Of a stretch of 37,633 bases of DNA, positions 20,473 through 32,100 are shown piece by piece. A program made the translations under genes and the position numbers. The stretch comes from Spirogloea muscicola (Eukaryota). The stretch covers positions 1,659,478 to 1,697,110 of the forward strand of contig WELB01000002.1 in assembly GCA_009602725.1 (NCBI GenBank), written 5' to 3'. Position 1 is the first letter of the stretch. The number at the start of each line of letters is the position of its first letter. The notes under the pieces were generated by a model that searched no databases, was not told the origin of the DNA, and was given only the letters and a program-made list of their open reading frames with translations.

Positions 20473-21689
20473 GGTCCATGCTGAGGTTTACATTTTGAAT
20501 GTTGTTTCATACCCTTAAGTAGGTCTTCACAAACCTGGAAGCTGTAGCACTTGGTGGGGAAGACCTCGTCGTACATTTGTAATGTTGAGAAAGCAGTATT
20601 TGATAGGCTCGCCCCATCAGAACCCATTAGGTTGAGCTGGCAATTACTAACCGCGAGCAACTAAGTTACTCGCACTTGCCATCTAGGATCTTCAAGCCAG
20701 CTAGTGCCAAGTCGATAGACATTAATGCATTTGTGCCATAGAGGTTGTAAAATATTGGGCAATTTTTCTAAGAATGACAATTTGGTGATTTGATACATTC
20801 AAGATCGCTGAGTAGAGGTCCTCATGCGGAAGAAAGCCCCTACTCGTGAGGCGTGCACTGACCTTGATGTGTATGACCTGCGCTAGAGCTTCCAATGGTA
20901 CCCTCATTTGCATGTGGCATGAGAAGGTGAGTGATAAGCTAAGGACTCTAAATCAGAAGTCATGTCAATGTTTTTTATGCAATCATTTGTCGCTTTGCCA
21001 CCTTGCGGGCGTCTAGGTTCGTCGGTAATTTGGCCGGCAAGTGGTGCTGGCAAGCATGCATCCAGAGCCTGTCTCGTTAAATATCTCACCGTCGCTCATT
21101 TCAAGGACAAGACGGCACGCTGCTTGACTTGAACATTTTTAAGTGAGTTTTAAAGATGTGGGCTATGTAAGTACCACCGGGTCTCTTGAGTGTAGAGGCC
21201 TGTCTTGGCTCCACTCACTGGTGCAGACATCAATGTTGCGTCCAGCTCTTCCACCTGTCCACATACCTTAAACCCCTAAATCCAGACCCACTCCCATACC
21301 CTCATTGTATTGAAACTTGATCGTTGATCGTATGCAGAATTTATGCGTACAGCAATTTACAGTTGCTTGAGAGAGCTCAATATTTGTCGGCCCTTCCAGA
21401 GCGACTTATTAAAAAAGCGCACAGTCTCTCAGTCGTTTGAGAGACGCTTACAGTATTTTGCTGGTCATAGTAAGCGGAGGAAGGACAGAGTCTCTTGAGC
21501 CAAGCATTGGAGGAGTCAATGCAGCAGCCGAAAGCGGGTGTTGAGATATCTCTCTGAAGTACTTGAATCCCTTGTGCGGCTTCGGTTACATGTCTGTCAA
21601 ATAGCTGGCATGTCATACGACAATGATATGTCGGAATGGGCAGGGTGAATGGGTGTGAACAGTAGGGTGAAAGGTGTGACATCTAGGGT

Positions 21690-22640
21690 TCTCGTGTGTG
21701 TTTTGGAGTTTCCCTGGCCCCTTCGAACATTGTTCATTCTTGTCTGGGCTGGCCTCTCCCAGCTCACTCGCGGGGACTGAGCTTCCCTCTGCATCATCTC
21801 GTATTTTGTAGTGTAGTCCTTTTTCGGCACCTCTTTCTTTGGATTTGGACATTCTTTTTTGGGCTGGCTTTGCTACCCCCCTTCTCTCAGGGCGAGCACT
21901 TCCTTCTTCCTTCCCAGCCACCGCTCTCTCCGAGGGGTTGCACTGCCATCAGAAGAAGTGGCTCTTCCAATGGGGGCAAGGGCTGTAAGAAGCCAGCCCA
22001 AAAGAATTGACAAGGTTCGAAGGGGCCAAACTACGAAGGGGCCATAGGCGCTAGCTCTAAACTAGGGAAGGATGAATCACTCGATAACAACGAGTGAGGA
22101 GCCTCAAATCCGACAGATTAGCTGGCGGAAAACAATCCCCCTGACGAAAGCCAGAGGCAGCAGCGAGAGCACGGCCAGCACGCAGGTGCAAAGCCAGGGA
22201 TCGCTGAAGGGATACGGCTAGTCGCATGCGATAGACTTGGGCCAACGAGCCAGCGGCGTTGAAGTCAGCCAGCTCACCTCGCCTGCGGGACAGCGCGTCG
22301 CGCAAGCCTGGCCAGCACAGGTCGAGCCACTGGGACCCGAGAGCCTCGTGCACATCCACGGCGAGGGGTAGGAACTCGTCCCCAGCCAGGTGGTCAGCGT
22401 GTTTGGCGGCCTTGCTGCGAGCGGCGTTCGCCGCAAGGCGTCCAAAAGCAGCTCTTCCATCAGAAAGGGACGGTGGGACTACATCAGAAGGGGAAAGCGC
22501 GGCCAGATTGACCGGTGGCTGGGAGAGGCCAGCCCAAAGGAATGGACAAGGTCTGACATCAGAAGAAGTGGCACTCCCAATGGGGGCAACGGCTGTGAAA
22601 AGCCAGCCCGGAAAAGAATTGACTAAGGTTCGAAGCAGAG
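21690..22640. mobile_element. RLE (CRE-like) non-LTR retrotransposon remnants, including the longest ORF fragment
   Basis: The minus strand at about 22470-22080 encodes AANAARSKAAKHADHLAGDEFLPLAVDVHEALGSQWLDL..FNAAGSLAQVYRMRLAVSLQRSLALHLRAGRALAAASGFRQGDCFPPANLSDLRLLTRCY. This is the K..K(Y/H)..F.P.A.D..G..G / RL...LQR C-terminus of restriction-like endonuclease domains. UTR hairpins at 21746-21763 and 21860-21879 (+), 21980-22000, 22517-22535 and 22591-22609 (-). Confidence 0.85.
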
Positions 22641-22752
22641 CAGTAGTCCACAGAGTGGCCCCATCGCCTCCGCCGACTGCTCGGAGCACCTTGCACCAAG
22701 TTGCTTACTCGACTTTGGGCAGCCGCTGCTGCAGCGCGGCTGCGAGCACGGC

Positions 22753-25700
22753 ATGGCGGGCGTGGAGGACGTCGCGGCGGCGGGGACGGCGGCAGCCGCC
22801 GTCGCTGACGGCGAGGACGCCTGCGAGCACAGCGACCTCGAGGAGGAGGACGAGGACGTGGGTGCCGCCCGCGGAGGCACCGCCGGCGGCGCCGTAAAAG
22901 ACGGCGCCGGCGACGGCGGCCAGAAGGACGGCGGCGGCGACGGCGGCCAGGAGGACGAGGACGACGGCGTCGACGATCGGAAGGATGACGACGACGACGA
23001 CGACGACGAGGAGGACGACGACGAGGACGACGAGATGGCGGAGGCGGCCGCCGCCCAGGCTGCCGACGACGCCGTGGCTGCGCTGGAAGCGCGGCTGGTG
23101 GCCGCCCCCGCGGACTACCAGGCTCACGTCGAGGTGCGCGGAAGCTCCGGCAGCTGGGTTTGCCAGGGCCTAAACCCTCCTGTCATCAAAAGCAGCTGAT
23201 CAGAGCTCTCTGAGCTCTGAGCTTCATCATCCCAGACTGTCCCACACTCCCACACTAAACCATAAACCCTTGACCTCAAACCCTTCACATATGCTCTGAC
23301 ATTGCAGTACATTGCGGCCCTGCGGCGTGCGGGACACCTCGAGAGGCTGCGTGCGGCAAGGGAAGCCATGAACGTGCTGTACCCGCTGGCGGGACCCATG
23401 TGGCTCGAGTGGGCCCAGGACGAAGTGCGACTCGTTTCCGAGTAAACCACCCCACGCGTTCATCTTCACGTGAACTTCTCGTGCACGCCCTTTGACAACT
23501 TGGACTTTCCAACTTATGGCACTCGATAGGGGTGCAGGGTATGTGCTGTCTTGAGAGTTGCTGCTCGTAGAGCTACGTGATGATACTACAGTACCTTCTG
23601 CGGTTAATAGCTTCAAGTGTTCAGGGTGTAAGCTCATTGTAGGTCGCAGGTCGCGCGCACTTCCCTACTTCTGGCCACTTGGGCAAGGAGCACTCAATAT
23701 TTGCGCTGTTGTTGCAGGCTGGCAGATTGTGCGGCCGTTGAAGCCCTCTTTGAGCGGGGCATCGGCGAGTACTTGGTAAGTATAGGAGCACCTGTGCTCA
23801 CTGTTGCATATGTCTCAGGTGTGTGAGGATAGGGCTTGCTTATCCACATTGTACTAGCTCCTACTCTCATGCTTGTACCCTTCAAGCTTAGAAGAGTGAA
23901 TTAACGTCAATCTCGTCCTGTGGCTGTGCAGCACATCCCCTTGTGGCTTGCCTACCTGGCATTCGTCTGTGAACACAACGAGGCCGTCAGGCAGCACTCG
24001 GTCGAAGGCAGCTCAAAAGAGCGCGCGCTCTTTGAGCGCGCTCTCTCAGCGGGTGGCCTCCACCTCACCGAGGGCACTGCTCTGTGGGCTGCATACCGCA
24101 GATTTGAGCAGGAAGTGCTCCTCAATGAGTCCAAGGTAGAGATCGTTGTCACACTGCGATGCGCTTGGCGATGGCATTGCTATGTTCATTGTGGGCAGGA
24201 CTGCTCTAAGTGCTGTCTATCACACAATAAGTTGGGCAGTCTGCACTTGCTAATTCGGCACTTGTATCATCTCATACCATCTTCAGGCACGAGAGAAGCA
24301 GGCAGAGAGGGTGAGAAGCCTCTACCACCGGCAGCTGGCGGTCCCGCTCTTTGGCCAAGCAGAGCTGGCAGCGGAGTACCGTGCCTGGGAGCAGCAGCAG
24401 CAGCTGCAGGGCGGGGACCAGGGCATGGCTGCGAACGGCGAGGAGGTGACAGGCAGCCTGCCGCAACATCTGCAGGCAGCGATCAAGAAAGCGGCGGCAG
24501 CCTGCACGGAGAGGCAGGACCTGGAGGAGAGGGTCGCTCAGGGGACGTCCACGGATGAGGACCGGCTTGCAGCTTATCTGGTAGTCCACGGCTCACGAGT
24601 ATTTACTGAATTTACGGCTCATTCTGTGAAGTAGACTTTGTGTTTGCAGCAAATGGTACAGAAAAGGTGATCTCATCATGACCTTGGTAGCATGCTGACA
24701 GTTGCGGATCAAGTCTTGCTTCGGGCTTGTACTGAACATTGCCCTGAAGCTCAACTGCTGCAGGCATACATTGCGCTGGAGGAGAGCACCAAAGAGCCGG
24801 CGCGGTCGCAGATCTTGTACGAGAGGGCGGTCGCGGCATTTCCTGTTAATCACGACCTGTGGCTCCAGTACACTGCCTACCTCGATAATTCCCTCAAGGC
24901 CTGTGTCATTTCTCAGCCTCTGCCTGCTACTCTACCATGGCGAGGCGCAGCTGCGTAGGTCGTTTGTCTTGACAGGACTTGTGATCATGCTGACAGGGCT
25001 TAGACTTGGGTTTGTTGATCTGGCCGGACAGGTTCACAGCGTCATTGTGGGTGCATACGCGAGGGCTGTCCGAAACTGCCCCTGGGTAGGTGGGCTCTGG
25101 TCCCGGTACTTACTGGCGTTGGAGCGGGCTTCTGCCTCGGAAGACTCGATTTCCACAGTGAGTCCTGGAGCAACCAACAGCTATTCTCCACCCTCTGTTG
25201 GTATCTGCGTCGTGCTCATACTGATACAGGTGTAAATAGATATCGGCTTGAAGATTCATGTCAAGTACTCAACACGTGGGTTCCATTGCCTGTTTGTGTG
25301 CAGGTTTTTGAGCAGGCTTTGCAGGCGGGGATACAGGGTGCTGAAGAGGTATTCCCTTCATGCCTTTGCACCTGCCATGAGCTCCATGGGAGGTGTTCAT
25401 GTCGGGGATAATGTGGTACCAATCACTGGTCACATCAGAATTCAGCCCTCAATCAGTCTGAGCCCTTGTCGTAACAGCGTGAAACCGGCATTTACTTGCG
25501 AGGTGTAGTCAAGCAGATAACTAGCGTCTCTCAGTTTTACCTGGATGTAACGATGCAGGTAATCAGGCTCACTGTTCCTCCCTCTAGGCATGCTATTGAT
25601 ACAGCTGCTGGTTTGAGCAACCTGTCTCACTGGACTTAGGGCTGATGGTTGAGCACTTTGCATCTGCAGATTACTGGTATCTTCTTGACTCGTGCCGATT

Positions 25701-26977
25701 ATTTGAGAAGGAGAGCCTCCTGTGAACGTGTGGAGCAGAGTACTAAGACCCTCCGCTTACTTGCTCAGACTCTCCAGGTCTGCATCCATATGCATTGAGA
25801 CCTGCACAGACATGCTTATCATGCTTGGCACCTTGGCTCGTACCAAGTGCACTGGACATTGTGATTTCATTTTCGCAAGCATGAAGGCAGCACATCAAGA
25901 GCACCTTGTTGCCTCTCACTGGTGCCTTCACCATTGCTCAAATCTGCAGAGAGCACACAGGCACTTGGACGCGCATTTCCCAGAATATGTTGATCGTTCG
26001 TTGTCTGTCATTGGGTACTGGGCTCATGTGGAGCTTGACCTCGCCAAGGACCTTGCCGCTGCACGAGGCGTTTGGGAGGAACTTATTAAGACCAGGTATA
26101 AGGGATCAAGCTCGAAATTAAGTAGCATATCTGCTAGTGATTTGTAGTGGTCCAGTAGACATTGCCATCAGATTTGAGTGAAATAAACAGCCTTGGATGG
26201 CAGGGGTTGGATGACGGAGGCCTGGCAGCAGTACATTGCAATGGAGGAGCGACTTGGCAATGTCAAGGATGTCCGGAGCCTCTACAAGCGCTGTTACAGT
26301 CGCCGGCTCGAGGGCTCCGGTACCGAGGTCTGCTCACATGCTGTTTGCTTTGCTCCACTGCAGCGCGGGCACACTTGATTCTGCCCTCAAGTACCTGATG
26401 GGATAACAATCAAAAACATCAATACCTGCTTTGACCTGCTTTGTCCTAACAGTCCTCGCACCTGTGCCTGCAGTACATATGTGCTGCTTGGGTGCGATCT
26501 GAGAGGGAGCACGGGTCTTTGCACGACTATGACGTCGCCATGCAGAAGGTAACCACAGCTTGGCTGCAGTTACTAGCGCTCAGCAGTCAGAAGTTCTATG
26601 AGATGCTGCAAGTGATAATGGTCAAGTAGGTTTCCACTTCAGTCCGCAGACTGTTCAGGTTCTTGGCACGCCCCCTCTCTTGACCAGGTGGGGCACAGGT
26701 TGAAGGAGGTCCGAGCTCTGCAGCAGCAGCAGGACATGAAGCAAACGGCTGCAGTTCCAGAGGTGCCCAAGTTGTCTGACGCTGACGGAAAGACACAATT
26801 CAGCACAAGAGAGTTGCAGTCAAAGAAGCGCAAGCCTGGCCTGGGTTCGACCCCCAGCGAGGGCCCCGCAAAACGGCGACGAGAGAATGCCACGCCAGGC
26901 AAGGGTAACGACCAGGCTGATGTGGAGTTGGAGAGGGAAGCGGAGAGCAGTGCCACCAGACCGCAGGTGCAGGAACC

Positions 26978-27011
<34 letters not shown>

Positions 27012-28171
27012 GAACAGCAGCAACAGCAGCAGCAGGAGGAGAGGCGTGTGTACACGGACAAGTGCACTGCGTTTGTCAAGAACATTGCGCACGAGGTTGG
27101 CACGGCATGCTCTGGCTTTGTCAGCAAGGGTCAAGAATTGAGCAGCTATGTCATTTTCACTTTCTTCAGCTAAGATCTGCTTGGTACATAACTCTGCCAC
27201 AAGCCAATCTAAGAGCTTCTGATGATATGACTGGCTCAGCTTGCACCTTGAGTCTAATGGAGAGCGAGGCAAATTTGCGTAGGCGACGGACGAGGACATA
27301 GTGGAGTGGTTTGGCCAATGTGGGCAAGTGAAGGAGGTGCGGCGAGGTCGGGACAAGAGCACCGGTCATTTGCGCGTAAGTCTTTCAAGCCACTCCCCGG
27401 CCGGGTTCGCGCTCAGGGCTGAGCATGACTTGCATCTCTCTAAGTTTCTGCCACTGTACTGATCGTCATGCAACACTTGCATCTCAGAGCTACAGCAGCT
27501 TGCTTTCATGCCTAATGATGGCAGCTGATCTGTTGTGCTCTGCCCCAACATGGTATCTACCCCAACAATTGGTGCAGGGCTTTGCATATGTCGAATTTGG
27601 GGATGAGGAGAGCCTCCAGGTGGCGCTGAGGAAGGACAAGGAGGAGCTACACGGCCGGCAGCTGAGCGTGCAGCTCTCTGCACCTCCCAAGGGCGGGCCT
27701 CCTGGTGCCGGCATTGGCCACAGAGGGGTCAGGGGCAGAGGGCGTGGCCAGCGCGGCCATGACCAAGGCAGAGGTGAGAATGCCTCTTGTTGCATGACAC
27801 CATGGAGCTTAACACGCACCTCATGTATGCATTGAGCTTTTGCAGTTTATTGTGCTCATGTTGTCTTGTGAGCCTTTCTTTCTCTTACCTCAAGTCACAT
27901 ACAGAGCTTGCCTTTACCTTGTGGGTGTTTAGGCCGACGAGACCGCGGCGGCGGGGGGCCGGTCATGCCTCCATCAGTGGCCCACCGGCGGGGCGGCCAC
28001 CTGAGCCTGACCGGCAGCAACACGTTCGCCACGCCGCGCAGCGTCACGCGACCGCTGGGTTGGGGCGGCGAGCAGCACGGGGGTGCAAAGAGGCTGCCGC
28101 CCGGTGGCGACGAGGCCCCCAAGTCCAACGACGACTTCCGCAAGATGCTCCAGAAGGGAGGCCAGGGCTAA
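22753..28171 (+). CDS. SART3: SART3/Prp24 homologue (U4/U6 snRNP recycling factor): acidic N-terminus, HAT repeats, RRM, C-terminal LSm-interaction motif
   Basis: DYQAHVE|YIAALRRAGHLERLRAAREAM..PMWLEWAQDE; HIPLWLAYL; LYERAVAAFPVNHDLWLQY; YARAVRNCPWVGGLWSRYL; RSLYKRCYSRR; RRM TAFVKNI..GFAYVEF; C-terminal PKSNDDFRKML. Confidence 0.93.
22985..23033 (+). repeat. (GAC/GAG)n coding repeat (poly-Asp/Glu)
   Basis: Encodes DDDDDDDDEEDDDEDDE in SART3 exon 1. Confidence 0.85.
26978..27036 (+). repeat. (CAG)n coding repeat (poly-Gln)
   Basis: Encodes QQQQQQQQQQEEQQQQQQQEE in SART3. Confidence 0.9.
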
Positions 28172-28399
28172 ACCCAGAGCCCTCGTGCACTCCACCTCCA
28201 TGCGTGCGTAATGCACGCATGGAGTTGGGGCTCTCTGCCGCAGCTTCACCGCCAACATATGGTGCCATAGCTTGGACCTTACAGCCTGGGCTGCGCCACT
28301 CGGGACAATCGAACATCGATGTGGACAAACTTATAAGGCTTAAACCTACACACTGACGACCAAGCTGTCGCTTGTTCTGAGATGCTGGGCCTTCGAGGG

Positions 28400-28700
28400 C
28401 TCCGTCGGCCCCCAAGCTTGGAGATGGCCTGCAGGCTAAGCAGCTTCAGCAGAACACACCTGCTTTTGAGGCTGTCCATGGCTGCGAGGAGCGTCCCAGC
28501 CTGACTGCAGGGCCTCCATGCAATGCCTGGCCGGTGAACGCTGCAGAGAGCCACTGCCTTACACTGGAATTGGCCTCCCTTTTGATTTCATGCGCACCGC
28601 GCGCCTTCCCCCACGCTGGAAGTGATAGTGAGCTCTTCCAAAGGGGGCGAGGGCTGTGAAAGGGCAACCCAAAACAGTCTGACAAGGTCCAAAGTGGCCC
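28400..28700. mobile_element. Degenerate RLE-retroelement 3' ends between SART3 and the UBX-RING gene
   Basis: Minus SLQRS..QAGTLLAA tail (28480-28556), + type B UTR (28563-28612) and minus hairpin UTR GGACCTTGTC..GGGTTGCCCTTTCACAGCCCTCGCCCCCTTTGGAAGAGC (28630-28690). Confidence 0.65.
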
Positions 28701-29149
28701 AAAATTGCTGAAATACGTGAGTAAGCAACCACCATGCATAATTTAATATCATTTAATAACCCTAAATTAGCAGCCACTGAGTGTGGAAGACGGAGGAAGG
28801 AGGTAAGGCCGCGCTGGAGCAGATCAGGCAAGGGGGAAAGGACACGTGGCGGGCCGTCGCAAGGCGGCCGCCCCTGAGATGACGGGGGAGCGTATTCTTG
28901 CGGCCAGGGGAGTGGGGGGGTTGAAGGCGGCGACGAACGTACGATGATATCGCAGATCTGGCAGATGCTATATTAGCACAATGGCTGATTCTTACACTCG
29001 GCGGCTCTGAGCACGTGGCCCTGCTGCGATACGCAAATGGTCGGAGGGCTAGCCCCGGAGGATGAGCAGCCCCGCCCCCCCCCCCAATCTCAGTGCCGAC
29101 ACAGCAGTCCTTATCGCGCGGGGCGGCCCCTGCGGTGGCGGCGGCAGCC

Positions 29150-32100
29150 ATGGCGGAGGCGCAGGCGCTGGAGGCCATGGGGTTCCCGGCGGACCGCTGC
29201 AGCGCCGCGCTGCGCGCCACCGCCACGCTCGCCGACGCCGTCGAGCTCCTCCTGCGCTGGCAGGACGNGCCGCCGCCGCCGCCGCCGCAAGCGCCGCCGT
29301 TACAGCCGCTGTCAGGGAACCCGCAGCCGCAGCGCCAGCCGCAGGCGTCGTCGGACTCAGCCATGGACGCCGTGGTGCCGGATGCCGCGGCGCACGAGCG
29401 CCTGACCAGATACCGCGCCGCAAAGAAGCTGAAGCAGGTGCGAGGATGCCAGCGCCCGGCCGCCGGGCCTAACTTCTGCTGCACTCGGTGTTTCTTAGTG
29501 GCGGCCGAGCCAGCAGCGGCGTCGAATTGCTGGGACAGGACGTGCAGTGGGACGTGCTTGTGAATTGCTGGGACGGGACGTGCAGTGAGACGTACTGTGA
29601 GGAGGCAGTAATGTAACTGATGTTGGCTGCGCTGAGGCGCCTGTGCACTGCAGGAGAAGGAGGCGGAGCGCGCTCGCGTCAAGCGGCAGCTGCAGGAGGA
29701 CGCCGAGGACCGGCGGGCGCGCAGCATGCGGGTCAGCGCCTCTCCGGCACTGCAGAGCGTCTCTCACGATTTGTATGATAATTTATAACCGAAAATTAAA
29801 CACGGTGTAATGATAATTCATTTGTTGTGGGGCCTTTTGGCGCAGTGCGAGTGTGGTGGCTCTGTCACCCCGGAGCTGCAGCTCGCGGCGGCCAGCTTCA
29901 CAGCCACAGCGCAGCCTCTGCAGTCTCGGCAGGCTGTCGGGGACGGCATGGTGGCCCTCAGGGACACAAACGAAAGAGTGGACGCGCTCGGGTGGGAGGG
30001 ACGCAGCACCAGTCCTGCTGTAGTGGCCACTGCTCCTCCCAGTGTGCACCTCCAGATCCTCGGGCCGAGCGGCCGAAAGCTTCGCGCCTCGTTCCCAGCA
30101 GGTAAGTTTCGGGCGGTACCTCAGCCTGCACCGGCTGGCTGCAGAGACGGCCGGGCTTGGTGGACACCGGCGTAGCATTGCTGTAACCCGTCTGGACGCC
30201 ATGGTTGCAACACACGAAGGAATTCCTCGTGACTCCATGCAGCTATGACTAAGCAAGACCGGCTGACTCTATTTGCCCGAGCGCAGCAATCAATTCTCTC
30301 AGAGCCCCACCACTACGCTCAAGAGGCTCGTCCCAGTTGCCGCAGCCATACATCAGCTGGAAACCTGAGGCAAAGGCGCCCCCGCTTGCTTGCTGCAGAT
30401 GCCACCCTTCTGGACGTCCGTGTATTTGTCTTGCAAGCCTGGCGCGGCCAAGAGGGGGCCGCACTGGCTTCCTTCCCTCCCCCTGAGAGCTGGCCTCTGG
30501 GGCAAGCTTGCGCTGCGGTTGCTGCCAGCGGCAGCTCCCCCATGGATGGGAGGCCTGCGGGAGCCAGGGCCAGGCCGGTGAAGGCCTTCACGGGCCCATC
30601 GGCGTGCCCTGATGTCAACAGGTGAGCTCAATTGGTGCTGCATCACCACTGTGTCAAGCTTGGCCACCACCATATGTCCGCTGCCTGATTCAGGTGGCAG
30701 CCTGGTCAGTTCGTGCTGGCATCAGTATGGCTGCCTGCGCTTGCTACAACTTGCTGCAAGTTCCACTGCATAACAGCGGCCCGACAGCGTGCTCTTTTCG
30801 GGTGTGCTGCCAGAGAAGAGCAGCGGACTCTGCTGCGGCAGGCGCTGGAGCGTCACGAGCAGGAGACAGCACGAATCGTGGCAGAAGCCCAGGCCATGCG
30901 AGCTTCCGAGCAGGCGACTATGGCTCGGACAGACGCGCTTTCTCCCAGTGCAAGCAACGTCTTCTTCTTGGTGCTCGTGCCACGCAAGGAGTACTTTACA
31001 GGTGACTCCCTGAGTGGTCACATCGCTGGCCATTGCACATGCAGGGCAGTCTTCCGACAAGCTTGTCCCTACTGTTGTTGGAACAGTTCTTGATGGCAAT
31101 CCTGCATATACGTAACACAAGGAGTCAACATTGAGCCTTGTGAGCCACAACTGCCTTGTTCGTTGCAGAGGAGGCGATGACGACCACCCTGGCTGAAGCA
31201 GAATTGTGGCCGAGGGGGTCACTCGTGGTGCACATTCAGCAGGACGCTGCGCAAGCTGAAGATAGCATGCAGATTGATGTGGCACAACTCTCATCCAGAC
31301 CGCACGCTGTGCCTTATCCTGCCGGTGCTGGTCCTGGTCCCTCGATGCAGGCCATTGCCAGCTCGAGGCGGAGTCCGCGGCTGGCCGCTGGTAGTAGAAG
31401 CGCTGCTCCACAAGCCATGACTCGTGTCCAGCATGCTCACCAACCGGTGGGCCCTGGTTGGAGCGACCAGCAGGCTGCTGAGGCAGCTGGCGTGCCAACA
31501 GAATGTGCTGCTCGGCCTTTGAGTCAGGCTGCTGCGGCTGCTGCCGAGGCAAGGCTGCGAGGGAGCGCCTCTGGGCAGCCGCCAGTCCAAGCCCCGGTCG
31601 GCAGTCTGCCACCGGCCGTCACTCCCGCTCCAGTGCCAGTCCCAGGAGCGGCCTCCAATGCCAGCAGCCATGCTCGCGCTGCCCAGGGCAGGGCCCCCAT
31701 TGGGAGAGCCAGGAGGGTCGGGCGGCAGCTAACTGAGCAGCAGAGGGAGTTCCTGCGCGAGAGAGCCCTCCAGGCAGCAGCGCAGCGCGCGGAGGAGGCT
31801 GCGGAGATGCTGAGGGCGGGCCTCCCGGATGGGCCGCCTGACGGAGCAGAGGTGCAGCAGAGTGGAGCAGCCCAAGCTGTCGGGGCAGCGCAGGCGGTGC
31901 TGCTGGAGCCAGCTCCGCTGGGCTCGTTCGGCCCGGTACCGGAGGCCGGGTCAGCGAGGGAGATCCTTGGCAGCCTGCAGTCGGTGTTCATGCCTTGCGA
32001 AACGTTGGCCATGGATGCCGAGGTCAGCTCGGCCAATGATCAGCTTGCGGGCAGCCAGGCGCACGACGGGCAAGCTGGGCCAAGTCAGGGCGGCCCGCCT

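Noticed and set aside
21940..22640. Hammerhead/HDV ribozyme in the repeat (CTGATG and GAAA strings)
   Set aside because: CTGATG is not followed by the A and stem II/GAAA arrangement needed for a hammerhead core, and no HDV pseudoknot could be built by eye.
22057..22689. 210-aa ORF as an intact gene
   Set aside because: Chimeric: the N-terminal third is translated UTR inserts (LWAGLSQP) and only the C-terminal part is an RLE fragment.
28762..29727. 321-aa minus-strand ORF
   Set aside because: Antisense shadow of GC-rich UBA exons, and it crosses an N gap.
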